This document shows positions 38,957 through 48,090 of a DNA stretch of 48,090 bases, piece after piece (positions within the stretch are counted from its first letter, which is position 1; each line of letters starts with the position of its first letter). The notes beneath the pieces are model-generated. The model saw only the letters and a list, made by a program, of their open reading frames with translations. It ran no database searches and was not told where the DNA came from. The DNA lies in NCBI GenBank assembly GCA_947588895.1, contig CANQBF010000003.1, forward strand, positions 1 to 48,090, given 5' to 3'. The DNA comes from an uncultured Bacilli bacterium. GTDB lineage: Bacteria; Bacillota_I; Bacilli_A; RF39; UBA660. The position numbers and the translations under genes were made by a program.

Positions 38957-39274
38957 CTACTTACTAGCTTTCTTTGTAGATTTTTTAGGTTCTTTAACTT
39001 CTTTTTCTACTTTTGTAGCTTTAGTTTCTTTTTTTGCTTCTTTCTTAGCATCCTTTTTATCTACTAATTTTACATTTGATACATGAATAGGCATTTCAAT
39101 ATCAAATATACCACCTTGATCATTATTTGTTCTTGGTTTTGTATGTCTTTTGGAAATATTAACACCTTCAACAACAACTTTGTTTTCAGATTTAATAGTT
39201 TTTAATACTTTACCAGTTTTGCCTTTATCTTCACCAGTAATTACTAAAACAGTGTCATTTACTTTAATCTTCAT
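38957..39274 (-). CDS. rplX: 50S ribosomal protein L24
   Basis: KOW motif [22 protein letters not shown]. Confidence 0.97.
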   Translation of the reverse strand: MKIKVNDTVLVITGEDKGKTGKVLKTIKSENKVVVEGVNISKRHTKPRTNNDQGGIFDIEMPIHVSNVKLVDKKDAKKEAKKETKATKVEKEVKEPKKSTKKASK

Positions 39275-39282
39275 ATTTCCTC

Positions 39283-39651
39283 CTATATAACCTCAGGAGC
39301 TAGTGAAACGATCTTCATATAATCTTTTTCTCTTAGTTCTCTAGCAACTGGTCCTAATACTCTTGTACCAATTGGTGATTTATCATCTTTAATAAGTACA
39401 CAAGCATTATCATCGAATTTAATATAAGAACCATCTTCTCTTCTTACACCTTGAACTGTTCTTACAATAACAGCTTTAACAACTTTTCCTTTAGGCATAT
39501 TACTATTTGGAATAGCCTTTTTTACAGTAACAACAACTGTATCTCCAATATTAACACCTTTAACTTTGCTTCCACCTAAAGCTTTGATAACTAATACTTC
39601 TCTTGCTCCAGTATTATCAGCAACTTTTAATCTTGTTTCTTGACTAACCAT
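39283..39651 (-). CDS. rplN: 50S ribosomal protein L14
   Basis: [20 protein letters not shown]. Confidence 0.98.
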   Translation of the reverse strand: MVSQETRLKVADNTGAREVLVIKALGGSKVKGVNIGDTVVVTVKKAIPNSNMPKGKVVKAVIVRTVQGVRREDGSYIKFDDNACVLIKDDKSPIGTRVLGPVARELREKDYMKIVSLAPEVI

Positions 39652-39661
39652 AGACTACCTC

Positions 39662-39919
39662 CTAAAGAACTACAGCTTCTTGAATAACATCTACTAATTC
39701 ATATTTCTTAGTTTTAGAAATAGGTTTTGTTAATCTTATTCTTACTGTATCTCCTTGTTTTGCTTTATTAAGTTCATCATGTGCGTGATATTTCTTAGAA
39801 ACTTTTACACGCTTATTATATAGAGGATGACGTTTGTAAGTTTCAACTAAAACAATTATTGTTTTATCACATTTAGCACTTACTACTTTTCCTACTAATT
39901 CTTGTACTCTTTTAGCCAT
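39662..39919 (-). CDS. rpsQ: 30S ribosomal protein S17
   Basis: GKVVS, HPLYNK, AHDE, PISKTK. Confidence 0.98.
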   Translation of the reverse strand: MAKRVQELVGKVVSAKCDKTIIVLVETYKRHPLYNKRVKVSKKYHAHDELNKAKQGDTVRIRLTKPISKTKKYELVDVIQEAVVL

Positions 39920-40122
39920 TATTTATTTGCCTCCTCTAATTCTCTTTCTCTTAAGATAGTTTTCATTTTTGCAACATTTTTTCTTAATGTTTTAAGTTCT
40001 GTAGGATGTTCTAATGTACCATTAGCTTGTTGCATTCTTTTTGTGAATAATTCTTCTTTAGTTTCTCTGATTTTTTTCTTTAAATCTTCATCAGTTAATT
40101 TTCTAATTTCTTTAATATCCAC
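39919..40122 (-). CDS. rpmC: 50S ribosomal protein L29
   Basis: GTG start; EELF...[13 protein letters not shown]; operon position. Confidence 0.95.
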   Translation of the reverse strand: MDIKEIRKLTDEDLKKKIRETKEELFTKRMQQANGTLEHPTELKTLRKNVAKMKTILRERELEEANK

Positions 40123-40124
40123 TT

Positions 40125-40538
40125 TTATTCACCATCCTTTTTAACAAATTTACATTTGATTGGAAGTTTATGAGAAGCAAGTCTAAAAGCTTCTTTAGCA
40201 GTTGCTTCATCAATTTCACTTATTTCAAACATAATTTTACCTTCTTTAACTACAGCAACATATTCTTCTACGTTACCTTTACCTTTTCCTTGACGAGTTT
40301 CTAAAGGTTTTTTAGTTATTGGTAAATGTGGAAAAATATTAATAAATACTTTACCACCACGTTTCATATAACGAGTCATTGCTATACGAGCAGCTTCAAT
40401 TTGACGAGCAGAAACCCAAGCTCCTTCAGTAGCCATTAATCCATACTCACCTTTTGTTAAAGTAGTATTTCCTCTTGCATGACCATCATATGTTAATCTA
40501 TGCGACTTTCTATATTTAGTCCTCTTTGGCATCAACAT
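40125..40538 (-). CDS. rplP: 50S ribosomal protein L16
   Basis: [22 protein letters not shown]. Confidence 0.98.
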   Translation of the reverse strand: MLMPKRTKYRKSHRLTYDGHARGNTTLTKGEYGLMATEGAWVSARQIEAARIAMTRYMKRGGKVFINIFPHLPITKKPLETRQGKGKGNVEEYVAVVKEGKIMFEISEIDEATAKEAFRLASHKLPIKCKFVKKDGE

Positions 40539-41199
40539 TTGAAGTCGCCTCCTTCTTATTAACTATTTTTTTAGCAGGTAGAATTTCATCTTTATAAATC
40601 CAAACCTTAACACCAATTTTTCCGTATGTTGTATTAGCTTCACTTTGTGCATAATCAATATCAGCACGAATAGTATGTAGTGGAACAGTTCCTTCAGTAT
40701 AACCTTCACTACGAGCCATTTCAACACCATTTAATCTTCCAGATACTAAAGTTTTAATTCCTTTAGCTCCAGCTTTCATTGTATCTCTAATTGCTCTTTT
40801 TTGAGCTGCTCTAAAAGGTGCTCTATTTTCAATTTGCATTGCAATATTATCAGCAACTAATTTAGCATTTAAATTAGGATTTTTTTCTTCAATTATGTTA
40901 ATGTAAACTTCTTCATTAACTAATTTAGAAACTTTCTTTCTTAATTTTTCAATGTCTTCTCCACCACGACCAATTATAACACCTGGTTTAGCAGTTTTGA
41001 TTGTAACATCTACTCTATTTTTCTTTCTTTCAATTATAACTGATGAGATAGATGCATCATTAAGACTAGTTAAAATGTATTCACGAATTTTAATATCTTT
41101 ATTTAAATTATCAGCATAATTCTTTTTATCATACCAACGTGATTCCCAGTCTTTATTAACGCCTAAACGATATCCAACCGGATTAACTTTTTGTCCCAT
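40516..41199 (-). CDS. rpsC: 30S ribosomal protein S3
   Basis: [25 protein letters not shown]. Confidence 0.98.
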   Translation of the reverse strand: MGQKVNPVGYRLGVNKDWESRWYDKKNYADNLNKDIKIREYILTSLNDASISSVIIERKKNRVDVTIKTAKPGVIIGRGGEDIEKLRKKVSKLVNEEVYINIIEEKNPNLNAKLVADNIAMQIENRAPFRAAQKRAIRDTMKAGAKGIKTLVSGRLNGVEMARSEGYTEGTVPLHTIRADIDYAQSEANTTYGKIGVKVWIYKDEILPAKKIVNKKEATSNVDAKED

Positions 41200-41549
41200 T
41201 ATGCATTTTCTCCTTTCTTATTATCAGTAACAACAATTTTGATATGACTTGTTCTCTTATCATGTCTGTCTACATTTCCACGAGATGCAAATTGAATTCT
41301 TTTTAAAATTGTTCCTGGATTAACAAAACATTCTTTAATAACAAGTTCTTCTTCTTTTGCTCCAAAATTATTAACAGCATTTGCTGAAGCACTATTTAAA
41401 ACTTTTAAAATTAATCTACTAGCTTTAGTATTAGTTACTTCTAATATCTTTCTAGCTGTTATTACATCTTTTCCTCTAATTAAATCCATAGTCATACGTG
41501 CTAAACGAGGTTTAATAATAGCACCTTTATGTATTGCATAAGTTTCCAT
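41199..41549 (-). CDS. rplV: 50S ribosomal protein L22
   Basis: DLIRGK, SASANA, KRTSHI; operon position. Confidence 0.95.
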   Translation of the reverse strand: METYAIHKGAIIKPRLARMTMDLIRGKDVITARKILEVTNTKASRLILKVLNSASANAVNNFGAKEEELVIKECFVNPGTILKRIQFASRGNVDRHDKRTSHIKIVVTDNKKGENA

Positions 41550-41818
41550 TATTTATTACCTCCACCAGCATGACCAGTAAATTTACGAGTTCCAGCAAAT
41601 TCACCTAATTTATGACCAACCATTTCTTCAGTTACATAAACAGGTATAAAATCTTTACCATTATGTACTGCAAATGTATGTCCAACAAAGTCAGGGAATA
41701 TTGTACTTCTTCTTGACCAAGTTTTAATAACAGTCTTTTTATTTTCAGCATTTAATTTTTGAACCTTTGCTAATAATGAACTAGCAACATAAGGCCCTTT
41801 TTTCAAACTTCTTGCCAT
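41549..41818 (-). CDS. rpsS: 30S ribosomal protein S19
   Basis: [22 protein letters not shown]. Confidence 0.98.
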   Translation of the reverse strand: MARSLKKGPYVASSLLAKVQKLNAENKKTVIKTWSRRSTIFPDFVGHTFAVHNGKDFIPVYVTEEMVGHKLGEFAGTRKFTGHAGGGNK

Positions 41819-41819
41819 G

Positions 41820-42662
41820 TTATCCTCCTATTTTAGTCTTCCTACTAATTATTAATTTTTCAGAAGCTTTCTTAGATTTACGAGTTTTATGTCCAAGGGC
41901 TGGTTTACCCCAAGGAGTCATTGGACTCTTACGACCAACTGGAGCTCTTCCTTCTCCACCACCATGTGGGTGATCGTTAGGATTCATTACACTACCTCTA
42001 TTAGTAGGTCTAATTCCCATATGTCTTTTACGTCCAGCTTTACCAAGATTTACTAAGTTATAATCTTCATTTCCTACAACACCAACTGTTGCAATACATG
42101 TTCCTAAAACTTTTCTTGTTTCACCAGATTGTAAACGAACTAAAACATATTTTCCTTCTCTTCCAAGGATTTGAGCACTTGTACCAGCAGCACGACATAA
42201 CTCAGCACCTTTTCCTGGTTTAAGTTCAATACAATGAACCATTGTACCAACTGGAATATTTTGAAGTGGAAGTGAATTACCAACTTTAATATCAGCATTC
42301 TCTCCATTTTCAACTATCATTCCTACTTTTAAACCATTTGGAGCAATAATATATTTCTTTTCTCCATCACGATAGTTTATTAATGCTATATTAGCATTTC
42401 TATTTGGGTCATATTCAATTGTTGCAACACGACCAGTAACTCCAATTTTATTTCTTTTAAAATCAATTACACGATACTTTTTAGTAGCTCCACCACCAAT
42501 ATGGCGAACTGTTAATTTTCCTTGGTTATTTCTTCCACCAGTTTTATTAACCTTAGTAACTAAAGATTTAGTAGGATTATTTCTTGCTGTTAATTCTTCA
42601 TTTGCAAGTGTTGTCATTCCTCTTCGACCATTAGTCGTAGGTCTATAATGTTTTATTGCCAT
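41820..42662 (-). CDS. rplB: 50S ribosomal protein L2
   Basis: [25 protein letters not shown]. Confidence 0.98.
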   Translation of the reverse strand: MAIKHYRPTTNGRRGMTTLANEELTARNNPTKSLVTKVNKTGGRNNQGKLTVRHIGGGATKKYRVIDFKRNKIGVTGRVATIEYDPNRNANIALINYRDGEKKYIIAPNGLKVGMIVENGENADIKVGNSLPLQNIPVGTMVHCIELKPGKGAELCRAAGTSAQILGREGKYVLVRLQSGETRKVLGTCIATVGVVGNEDYNLVNLGKAGRKRHMGIRPTNRGSVMNPNDHPHGGGEGRAPVGRKSPMTPWGKPALGHKTRKSKKASEKLIISRKTKIGG

Positions 42663-42675
42663 TTTATAATCCCTC

Positions 42676-42951
42676 CTATAAATCTATTGTAGAGCCATCT
42701 TTTAATGTAACTATTGCTTTTTTATAAGTTTTAGTCATACCGGCATAACGGCCAACTCTACGTCTTTTAGCTTTTGTATTAAGTGTATTAACACTTTTTA
42801 CATTAACTTTGAATGCTTCTTCTATAGCTTTTTTAATTTCTTCTTTAGTTGCACTCTTATTTACTTTAAAAATATAAACACCATTTTTTCTTTCAGCCAT
42901 AGATTTTTCTGTAATTACTGGTGAATAAATAATATCACTATAATGTTTCAT
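42676..42951 (-). CDS. rplW: 50S ribosomal protein L23
   Basis: PVITEKS, KKAIVTL. Confidence 0.97.
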   Translation of the reverse strand: MKHYSDIIYSPVITEKSMAERKNGVYIFKVNKSATKEEIKKAIEEAFKVNVKSVNTLNTKAKRRRVGRYAGMTKTYKKAIVTLKDGSTIDL

Positions 42952-43574
42952 TATTTAAGCCCCTCCTCTATCATATTAACTGCTGTTTCATCTAAAACTA
43001 CGATATCAGCATTTACTAAATCAAAGCAGTTAATTTCATTTGCCATAAGAACTAGGACATTTCCTAAATTTCTTGAAGCCATATATAAGTTTTCGTTTTC
43101 ATCACTTGTAACAAATAATACTTTGCCACTTAAATTTAATGTTTCAAGCATATTTGCAACTTCTTTTGTTTTTAATGATTCTAAATCAATCTTATCAACA
43201 ACAATAACGCTTTTTTCTTTATTCTTATAAGTTAAAGCACTTTTTAAAGCTAAGCTTCTTTCTTTTTTATTGATTTTAAATGAATAATCACGATTATCAA
43301 CACCAAAAGCAATTCCGCCACCACGCCATTGTGTAGCACGAATACTACCTTGACGAGCACGTCCAGTACCTTTTTGTTTCCATGGTTTTCTTCCACCACC
43401 TGATACTTCAGCTCTTGATTTTGTTTTTCTTGTTCCTTGACGAACTGCATTTGTTTGTAAACGAATCATTTTCTTTAATGCATCATCATTAACTTCAATA
43501 TTCCAAACTTTATCATTTAAAGTGATATCTTTTACAACTTCACCTTTTAAATTTTTAACACTTATCTTTGTCAT
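42951..43574 (-). CDS. rplD: 50S ribosomal protein L4
   Basis: GGGRKPWKQKGTGRARQGS. Confidence 0.98.
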   Translation of the reverse strand: MTKISVKNLKGEVVKDITLNDKVWNIEVNDDALKKMIRLQTNAVRQGTRKTKSRAEVSGGGRKPWKQKGTGRARQGSIRATQWRGGGIAFGVDNRDYSFKINKKERSLALKSALTYKNKEKSVIVVDKIDLESLKTKEVANMLETLNLSGKVLFVTSDENENLYMASRNLGNVLVLMANEINCFDLVNADIVVLDETAVNMIEEGLK

Positions 43575-43593
43575 TTTAATTCCTTTCTAAAGC

Positions 43594-44403
43594 CTAATTG
43601 CTTTCTTCCGGATTTTCTTCTTTAGTTTCTTCTTTTACTTCTTCAGTAGCTTCTGTATTTTCTACAACTTCCTCAGTTTCAGTTTCGTTAACAACAGTAT
43701 TTTCTACTTCTTCTTTAACATCTTCAACTGCATCTACTACTGTTTCTTCATAAGTAATAATTTCTTTTGCATCTTTCTTACGAGAGTTTTTAATTGCACT
43801 TCTAATATAAACTAAAGAATTTTTTGCACCTGGAATATTGCCACTTATTAAAATGTAACCTTCTTCTTTATTTGCTTCAATAATTTCAAGATTTTGAATA
43901 GTTACTGTTTCTACTCCCATATGTCCTGGAAGTTTTTTACCCTTTAATACTCTTTTTGGTAACATTGTTCCTAAAGAACCTGGTTTTCTATGATAGTGAG
44001 AACCATGTCCCATTGGTCCACGAGATTGATTAAATCTTTTAATAACACCTTGTGTACCTTTACCTTTTGAAGTACCAGTTACATCAACGATATCTCCTAC
44101 TTCAAAAATATCAACTAATATTTTATCTCCTACATTATAGTTACCATCTGCGTCTTTAATTTCTTTTAAGAAGCGCTTAGGAGTAGTATTAGCTTTTTTA
44201 GCATGGCCAATTTCAGCTTTATTGGCACTCTTTTGTTTTTTTTCAAATACGCCTAATTGAATTGCATTGTAACCATCTTTTTCAACAGTTTTAACTTGCA
44301 TTACAACGTTTTCATCACAAGCTACTACAGTTACTGGAATTAATTTTCCATCTTTAGTAAATACTTGTGTCATTCCAATTTTGCGTCCTAAGATTCCTTT
44401 CAT
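43594..44403 (-). CDS. rplC: 50S ribosomal protein L3 with acidic C-terminal extension
   Basis: [22 protein letters not shown]; ~60 extra Glu-rich residues. Confidence 0.97.
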   Translation of the reverse strand: MKGILGRKIGMTQVFTKDGKLIPVTVVACDENVVMQVKTVEKDGYNAIQLGVFEKKQKSANKAEIGHAKKANTTPKRFLKEIKDADGNYNVGDKILVDIFEVGDIVDVTGTSKGKGTQGVIKRFNQSRGPMGHGSHYHRKPGSLGTMLPKRVLKGKKLPGHMGVETVTIQNLEIIEANKEEGYILISGNIPGAKNSLVYIRSAIKNSRKKDAKEIITYEETVVDAVEDVKEEVENTVVNETETEEVVENTEATEEVKEETKEENPEESN

Positions 44404-44427
44404 TTTTTATTTCCTTCCTTTTCTTAA

Positions 44428-44739
44428 TTATTTAGTAGTAATTTTGATGTCAACGCCACTTGGTAAATCTAAATGTGTTAATGCATCAATTGTTTCTTTA
44501 CTTGGATTTTTAATATCAACAAGTCTTTTGTGTGTTCTTCTTTCAAATTGTTCACGAGAATCTTTATACTTATGAACAGCTCTTAGTACAGTAAACTTCT
44601 CAATTTCAGTTGGAAGTGGTACTGGACCTGAAACTTCACCACCAGTTCTTTTTACAGTTTCCACAATTTTAGAAGCAGCTACATCTAATAAACGATGGTC
44701 ATATGCTTTTAAATTGATTCTAACTTTTTCATTTGACAT
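44428..44739 (-). CDS. rpsJ: 30S ribosomal protein S10
   Basis: [26 protein letters not shown]. Confidence 0.98.
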   Translation of the reverse strand: MSNEKVRINLKAYDHRLLDVAASKIVETVKRTGGEVSGPVPLPTEIEKFTVLRAVHKYKDSREQFERRTHKRLVDIKNPSKETIDALTHLDLPSGVDIKITTK

Positions 44740-44741
44740 TT

Positions 44742-44866
44742 ATTATGTCCTCCTTTCGTCTATATCTAGTATAGACTTGCTCCACCTGAATTCCCTAGAC
44801 AACTAGAAACATATTTACCAACTATCCCTAGTGTGTCAGCAACCTCACGCTTCCCTGCAGTCATAC
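44742..44866 (-). promoter_or_regulatory. S10 operon 5' leader (structured, Bacillota-type)
   Basis: Minus strand has GAAGCGTGAGGTTGCTGACACAC...GGAG and a GTCTAT..ATAGAC hairpin before the AAAGGAGG RBS, matching my recollection of the Bacillus-type rpsJ leader. Confidence 0.7.
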
Positions 44867-44873
44867 GTATACC

Positions 44874-44903
44874 ATTATAACACACTAATTATATGAAATG
44901 CAA
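44874..44903 (-). promoter_or_regulatory. Sigma-A promoter of the S10 operon
   Basis: TTGCAT-18 nt-TATAAT with extended -10 TG. Confidence 0.7.
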
Positions 44904-44944
44904 CCCCAAATTTTACATAAAATTCACATTTTTAATTAACAAAA

Positions 44945-44969
44945 AACTGTTAGATTTTTTCTAACAGTT
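44945..44969 (-). terminator. Intrinsic terminator
   Basis: AACTGTTAGA...TCTAACAGTT hairpin with a U tract on the minus strand. Confidence 0.75.
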
Positions 44970-46692
44970 ATAAACTATTTACTTCTGAACATTTTTTAGT
45001 TCCAATAATAGTATTAGTAGTTGTATCAGTTACTCGACATGAACCATTCCTGCATTCAATTAGATAATCATCAACAGTTTCATTATATGTTTCTCCATTA
45101 GTTTCTAAACATGCTGAATCAATTAAAGCTTCCTCACTATTACCAAATAGATCATCTAAATTTAAGTCTTTTATAATTTCTGCAATTACTTCATTATTTA
45201 TTACATTGTCCAATATTTTATTTTCGTCATCTTCAGTTAATTCAGTATAATCTATTGCACCACTTAAATCAGGTAATGTAATTGGTGAATCTAATACTAT
45301 TTCATAACTATCTTTTAATACTAATTCATCAATACCATCACTAGGTATTTTAACACTAAGAGTTAAATCTCCTTTATTTTTTGTTCCAATATTTGAAAGA
45401 CTTAATTCTATTTTCTCACATGTTTCATCTCTGCTATCACAAACAGTCTTCATTTTTAAATCAATATTATTTGCATTATTTCTGAAATCAATAATGAATG
45501 AAGCGCTAACTCCCTCATAATTATAATTTATTTCAAAATATTTGTCTTCTATTTTAACATCAGCAAATTGTTTTAATGAACCATCTTTATCTTTTATTAT
45601 AACATTGTATCTATCATTTGATGATTCTATTACCAATTGATCATCATTTCCTAGAACAAACATATCTGTTTTATTTATATATACTTCTAAATTTAAATGA
45701 CTATCATCAACTATTTTTTCTACTTTATTCTTTTTATTTAAATAAACTTCTACATGTATATAACTATCATCTTCAATTTTTTCAACCATATTATCTAAAT
45801 TAGATGTTATTTCTTCATCTGTTAATCCTGTTAATTTTTTAAGTTCATTCATTAAAGTATTATTACTCTTAATTCCATTTGCAACATTTGTTATATATTC
45901 TTTGAAATTAGAAATAGTCATTGTATGTTTGGTAACTTCAACATTATTTAATGTAGTTTTTTCTTTTGTAAAATATTCATCTTTTAAATTGTTTTTTATA
46001 ATATTAAGAATTTCTTTTGTTGCTTTATCAATTGAATCAAAATTTATCTTTTCTTCAATATTCCAAACATTTTCTACATCTTCTATATCTTGTTTAATAT
46101 ATTTATCATAAATGTTTCCAAGACCTAAATACATTGCTTTATCATTTAATATTGCATTAATATTAAGCGCATCTTTTGAATTATATTTTAATCCTACATT
46201 TGAATTAATAATTTTTGAACTATAATCAACATCTAAGCCTAAATTAATTTCAATATTCTTTATTAATTTACTTATATCAGCAAATTCTACATCACTAGAA
46301 TTTAAATCTCCCGTTATTTTATGAGTCATTTTAATTTTATCATTTGTAGCTTTTTTTACTGTACTTACAGTATTACCAATATATTCACCCATTTTATCAA
46401 TAGTATTAGTAAATACTTCTTTAGGCTCTATATTTTCTCTTTTATTAAAATACCAATAAACTCCTCCACCAATTAATATTACTATCAACACAAAAATAAT
46501 TATTAATGGTACAACAGCTCGATTTTTAACTTTCACTAACTCTTCTACACTTTGAGTCGCATTAACATTATTATTTGTAGGTATTTCTCCTAACATTTCT
46601 GGCATTTGGTTATTTTGTTCTACATTATTTGTATTAACATTATTTTGATTATTCAAATTATTTTGTCCATTCATTTCATTATTCATATTCAC
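44968..46692 (-). CDS. Hypothetical membrane-anchored surface protein
   Basis: Asn/Gln-rich N-terminus, single TM helix, large beta-rich domain, Cys-containing C-terminus. Confidence 0.8.
   Translation of the reverse strand: MNMNNEMNGQNNLNNQNNVNTNNVEQNNQMPEMLGEIPTNNNVNATQSVEELVKVKNRAVVPLIIIFVLIVILIGGGVYWYFNKRENIEPKEVFTNTIDKMGEYIGNTVSTVKKATNDKIKMTHKITGDLNSSDVEFADISKLIKNIEINLGLDVDYSSKIINSNVGLKYNSKDALNINAILNDKAMYLGLGNIYDKYIKQDIEDVENVWNIEEKINFDSIDKATKEILNIIKNNLKDEYFTKEKTTLNNVEVTKHTMTISNFKEYITNVANGIKSNNTLMNELKKLTGLTDEEITSNLDNMVEKIEDDSYIHVEVYLNKKNKVEKIVDDSHLNLEVYINKTDMFVLGNDDQLVIESSNDRYNVIIKDKDGSLKQFADVKIEDKYFEINYNYEGVSASFIIDFRNNANNIDLKMKTVCDSRDETCEKIELSLSNIGTKNKGDLTLSVKIPSDGIDELVLKDSYEIVLDSPITLPDLSGAIDYTELTEDDENKILDNVINNEVIAEIIKDLNLDDLFGNSEEALIDSACLETNGETYNETVDDYLIECRNGSCRVTDTTTNTIIGTKKCSEVNSL
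45669..45786. repeat. Degenerate intragenic tandem duplication (63-bp period)
   Basis: Encodes VEKIEDDSYIHVEVYLNK and VEKIVDDSHLNLEVYINK. Confidence 0.7.
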
Positions 46693-46746
46693 ACTATCCT
46701 CTATTCATACTTATAATATACATTATTTTTTAAAAATTAACAAGTC

Positions 46747-48090
46747 TTACTTTAAAAGTATTTCCGTATCTTGCATTTCTTGTGGTATTGCAATATCCAT
46801 ATATTCTAATATTGTTGGGGCAACCATTGTTAAATCGCCAGTCTCTTTTAATTTAACATTTTTATCTAAAATAATAAAAGGTACTTTACTTAAAGTATGA
46901 GTTGTTACTGGATTATTATTTTCATCTAACATAATATCAACATTACCATGATCTGCTAATATTATTACTTTATAAAAGTTTTCTTCAGCTTTTTCAACAA
47001 TTTTATCTAAACATACATCTACTGTTAAACAAGCTTTAACAGCTGCATCAAAGTTACCAGTATGACCTACCATATCAGGATTAGCAAAGTTAACTAAAAT
47101 AAAATCATAATCTTGAATCATACATTCAATAACTTTTTTCGTAACTTCAATCGCACTCATTTCTGGTTTTAAATCATAAGTTGGAACATCAGGCGACGGA
47201 ATATGAAACATATTACATTTAGCTATTTTACCTTCATATCCGCCATCAAAAAAATAAGTTACATGAGGATATTTCTCAGTCTCAGAAATTCTTGCTTGCG
47301 TTAATTCTAATTTTTCTAGATATCTTCCTAAAGGATTATTAATAACTGGTTCTTCAATGAAATGTTCTGTTGGTATATCATTATCTATTGGTAACATGCT
47401 ATACACACTAAGCTTACCCATATCTAAAGTTTTGAATCCATCAAAATCATCACAAACAAATGATGAAATAATTTGTTTAGCTCTATCAGCACGATAATTC
47501 ATCCATAATAATATATCGCCATTTTTTATTAATCCATTGGTATTTACTACTATTGGTACTATAAATTCATCCGTAATATTTTTTTCATATAATTTATTAA
47601 TAATACCTTCAATATTAGAATTATTTACTCCTATACCTTTAGTAACTAAATCATAATATTTTTTAGTTCTATCATAATTTTTATTTCTATCCATAGCATA
47701 ATATCTACCACAAATAGTAGCTATATCTCCAACTTTATTCTCTTTGATAACATCCGTTATCATCTTTATATATTTATAAGATTCATGAACTCCTGTATCT
47801 CTACCATCAGTAATAACATGAAAATGAATTTTTTTACAACCATTCTTAACTAATAATTTATACATATTAATAATATTATCAATACTAGCATGTACATTAC
47901 CATCACTACATAATCCCATAATATGTATATCTTTTTCTTTATTCTCTATTATTTGATTAAATTTTTCATTTTCTAATACATTACTATTAATAAAATCATT
48001 AACTAATGTTGGATTTTGTTTTATTAATCTACCTGCTCCAATAGTTAAATGACCAACTTCACTATTTCCAAATTGACCTTTTTGAAGTCC
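46747..48090 (-). CDS. gpmI: 2,3-bisphosphoglycerate-independent phosphoglycerate mutase (5' end outside window)
   Basis: Frame is open to the window edge (GNSEVGH); DGRD, GRYYAMDR, ETEKYPHVT, NPDMVGHTG, ADHGN. Confidence 0.97.
   Translation of the reverse strand, partial: GLQKGQFGNSEVGHLTIGAGRLIKQNPTLVNDFINSNVLENEKFNQIIENKEKDIHIMGLCSDGNVHASIDNIINMYKLLVKNGCKKIHFHVITDGRDTGVHESYKYIKMITDVIKENKVGDIATICGRYYAMDRNKNYDRTKKYYDLVTKGIGVNNSNIEGIINKLYEKNITDEFIVPIVVNTNGLIKNGDILLWMNYRADRAKQIISSFVCDDFDGFKTLDMGKLSVYSMLPIDNDIPTEHFIEEPVINNPLGRYLEKLELTQARISETEKYPHVTYFFDGGYEGKIAKCNMFHIPSPDVPTYDLKPEMSAIEVTKKVIECMIQDYDFILVNFANPDMVGHTGNFDAAVKACLTVDVCLDKIVEKAEENFYKVIILADHGNVDIMLDENNNPVTTHTLSKVPFIILDKNVKLKETGDLTMVAPTILEYMDIAIPQEMQDTEILLK

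Overview
Very AT-rich (roughly 25% GC by eye) bacterial chromosome segment using the standard genetic code. Gene content points to a reduced-genome anaerobic Bacillota/Bacilli; an RF39/Mollicutes-adjacent lineage is my inference, not something the sequence proves. The right third is the S10-spc-alpha ribosomal cluster (rpsJ to rplQ, including an unlisted rpmJ, with no rpmD), preceded by its conserved leader, a membrane-anchored hypothetical gene and a partial gpmI. The middle holds parA-parB-DUF951-abgT-ychF. The left half mixes housekeeping genes (PFOR, MacB-like ABC transporter, M29 aminopeptidase, radical SAM, FAD oxidoreductase, tRNA-Cys) with many orphan genes and a complete IS256 with inverted repeats and an 8-bp target duplication. 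The best signals missed by the ORF track are: (1) a complete type I toxin-antitoxin-like locus after tRNA-Cys, with a 30-aa hydrophobic peptide, a convergent antisense RNA and a G-U-consistent 5'-3' mRNA pairing that competes with an SD-sequestering hairpin; (2) an independently transcribed ~95-nt sRNA with a C/U-rich single-stranded seed downstream of PFOR; (3) an XRE regulator with a divergent 52-aa ORF and direct-repeat operator; (4) effector-like orphans (papain-like, ankyrin, ART-like), with many orphans in the window ending in basic C-terminal tails.
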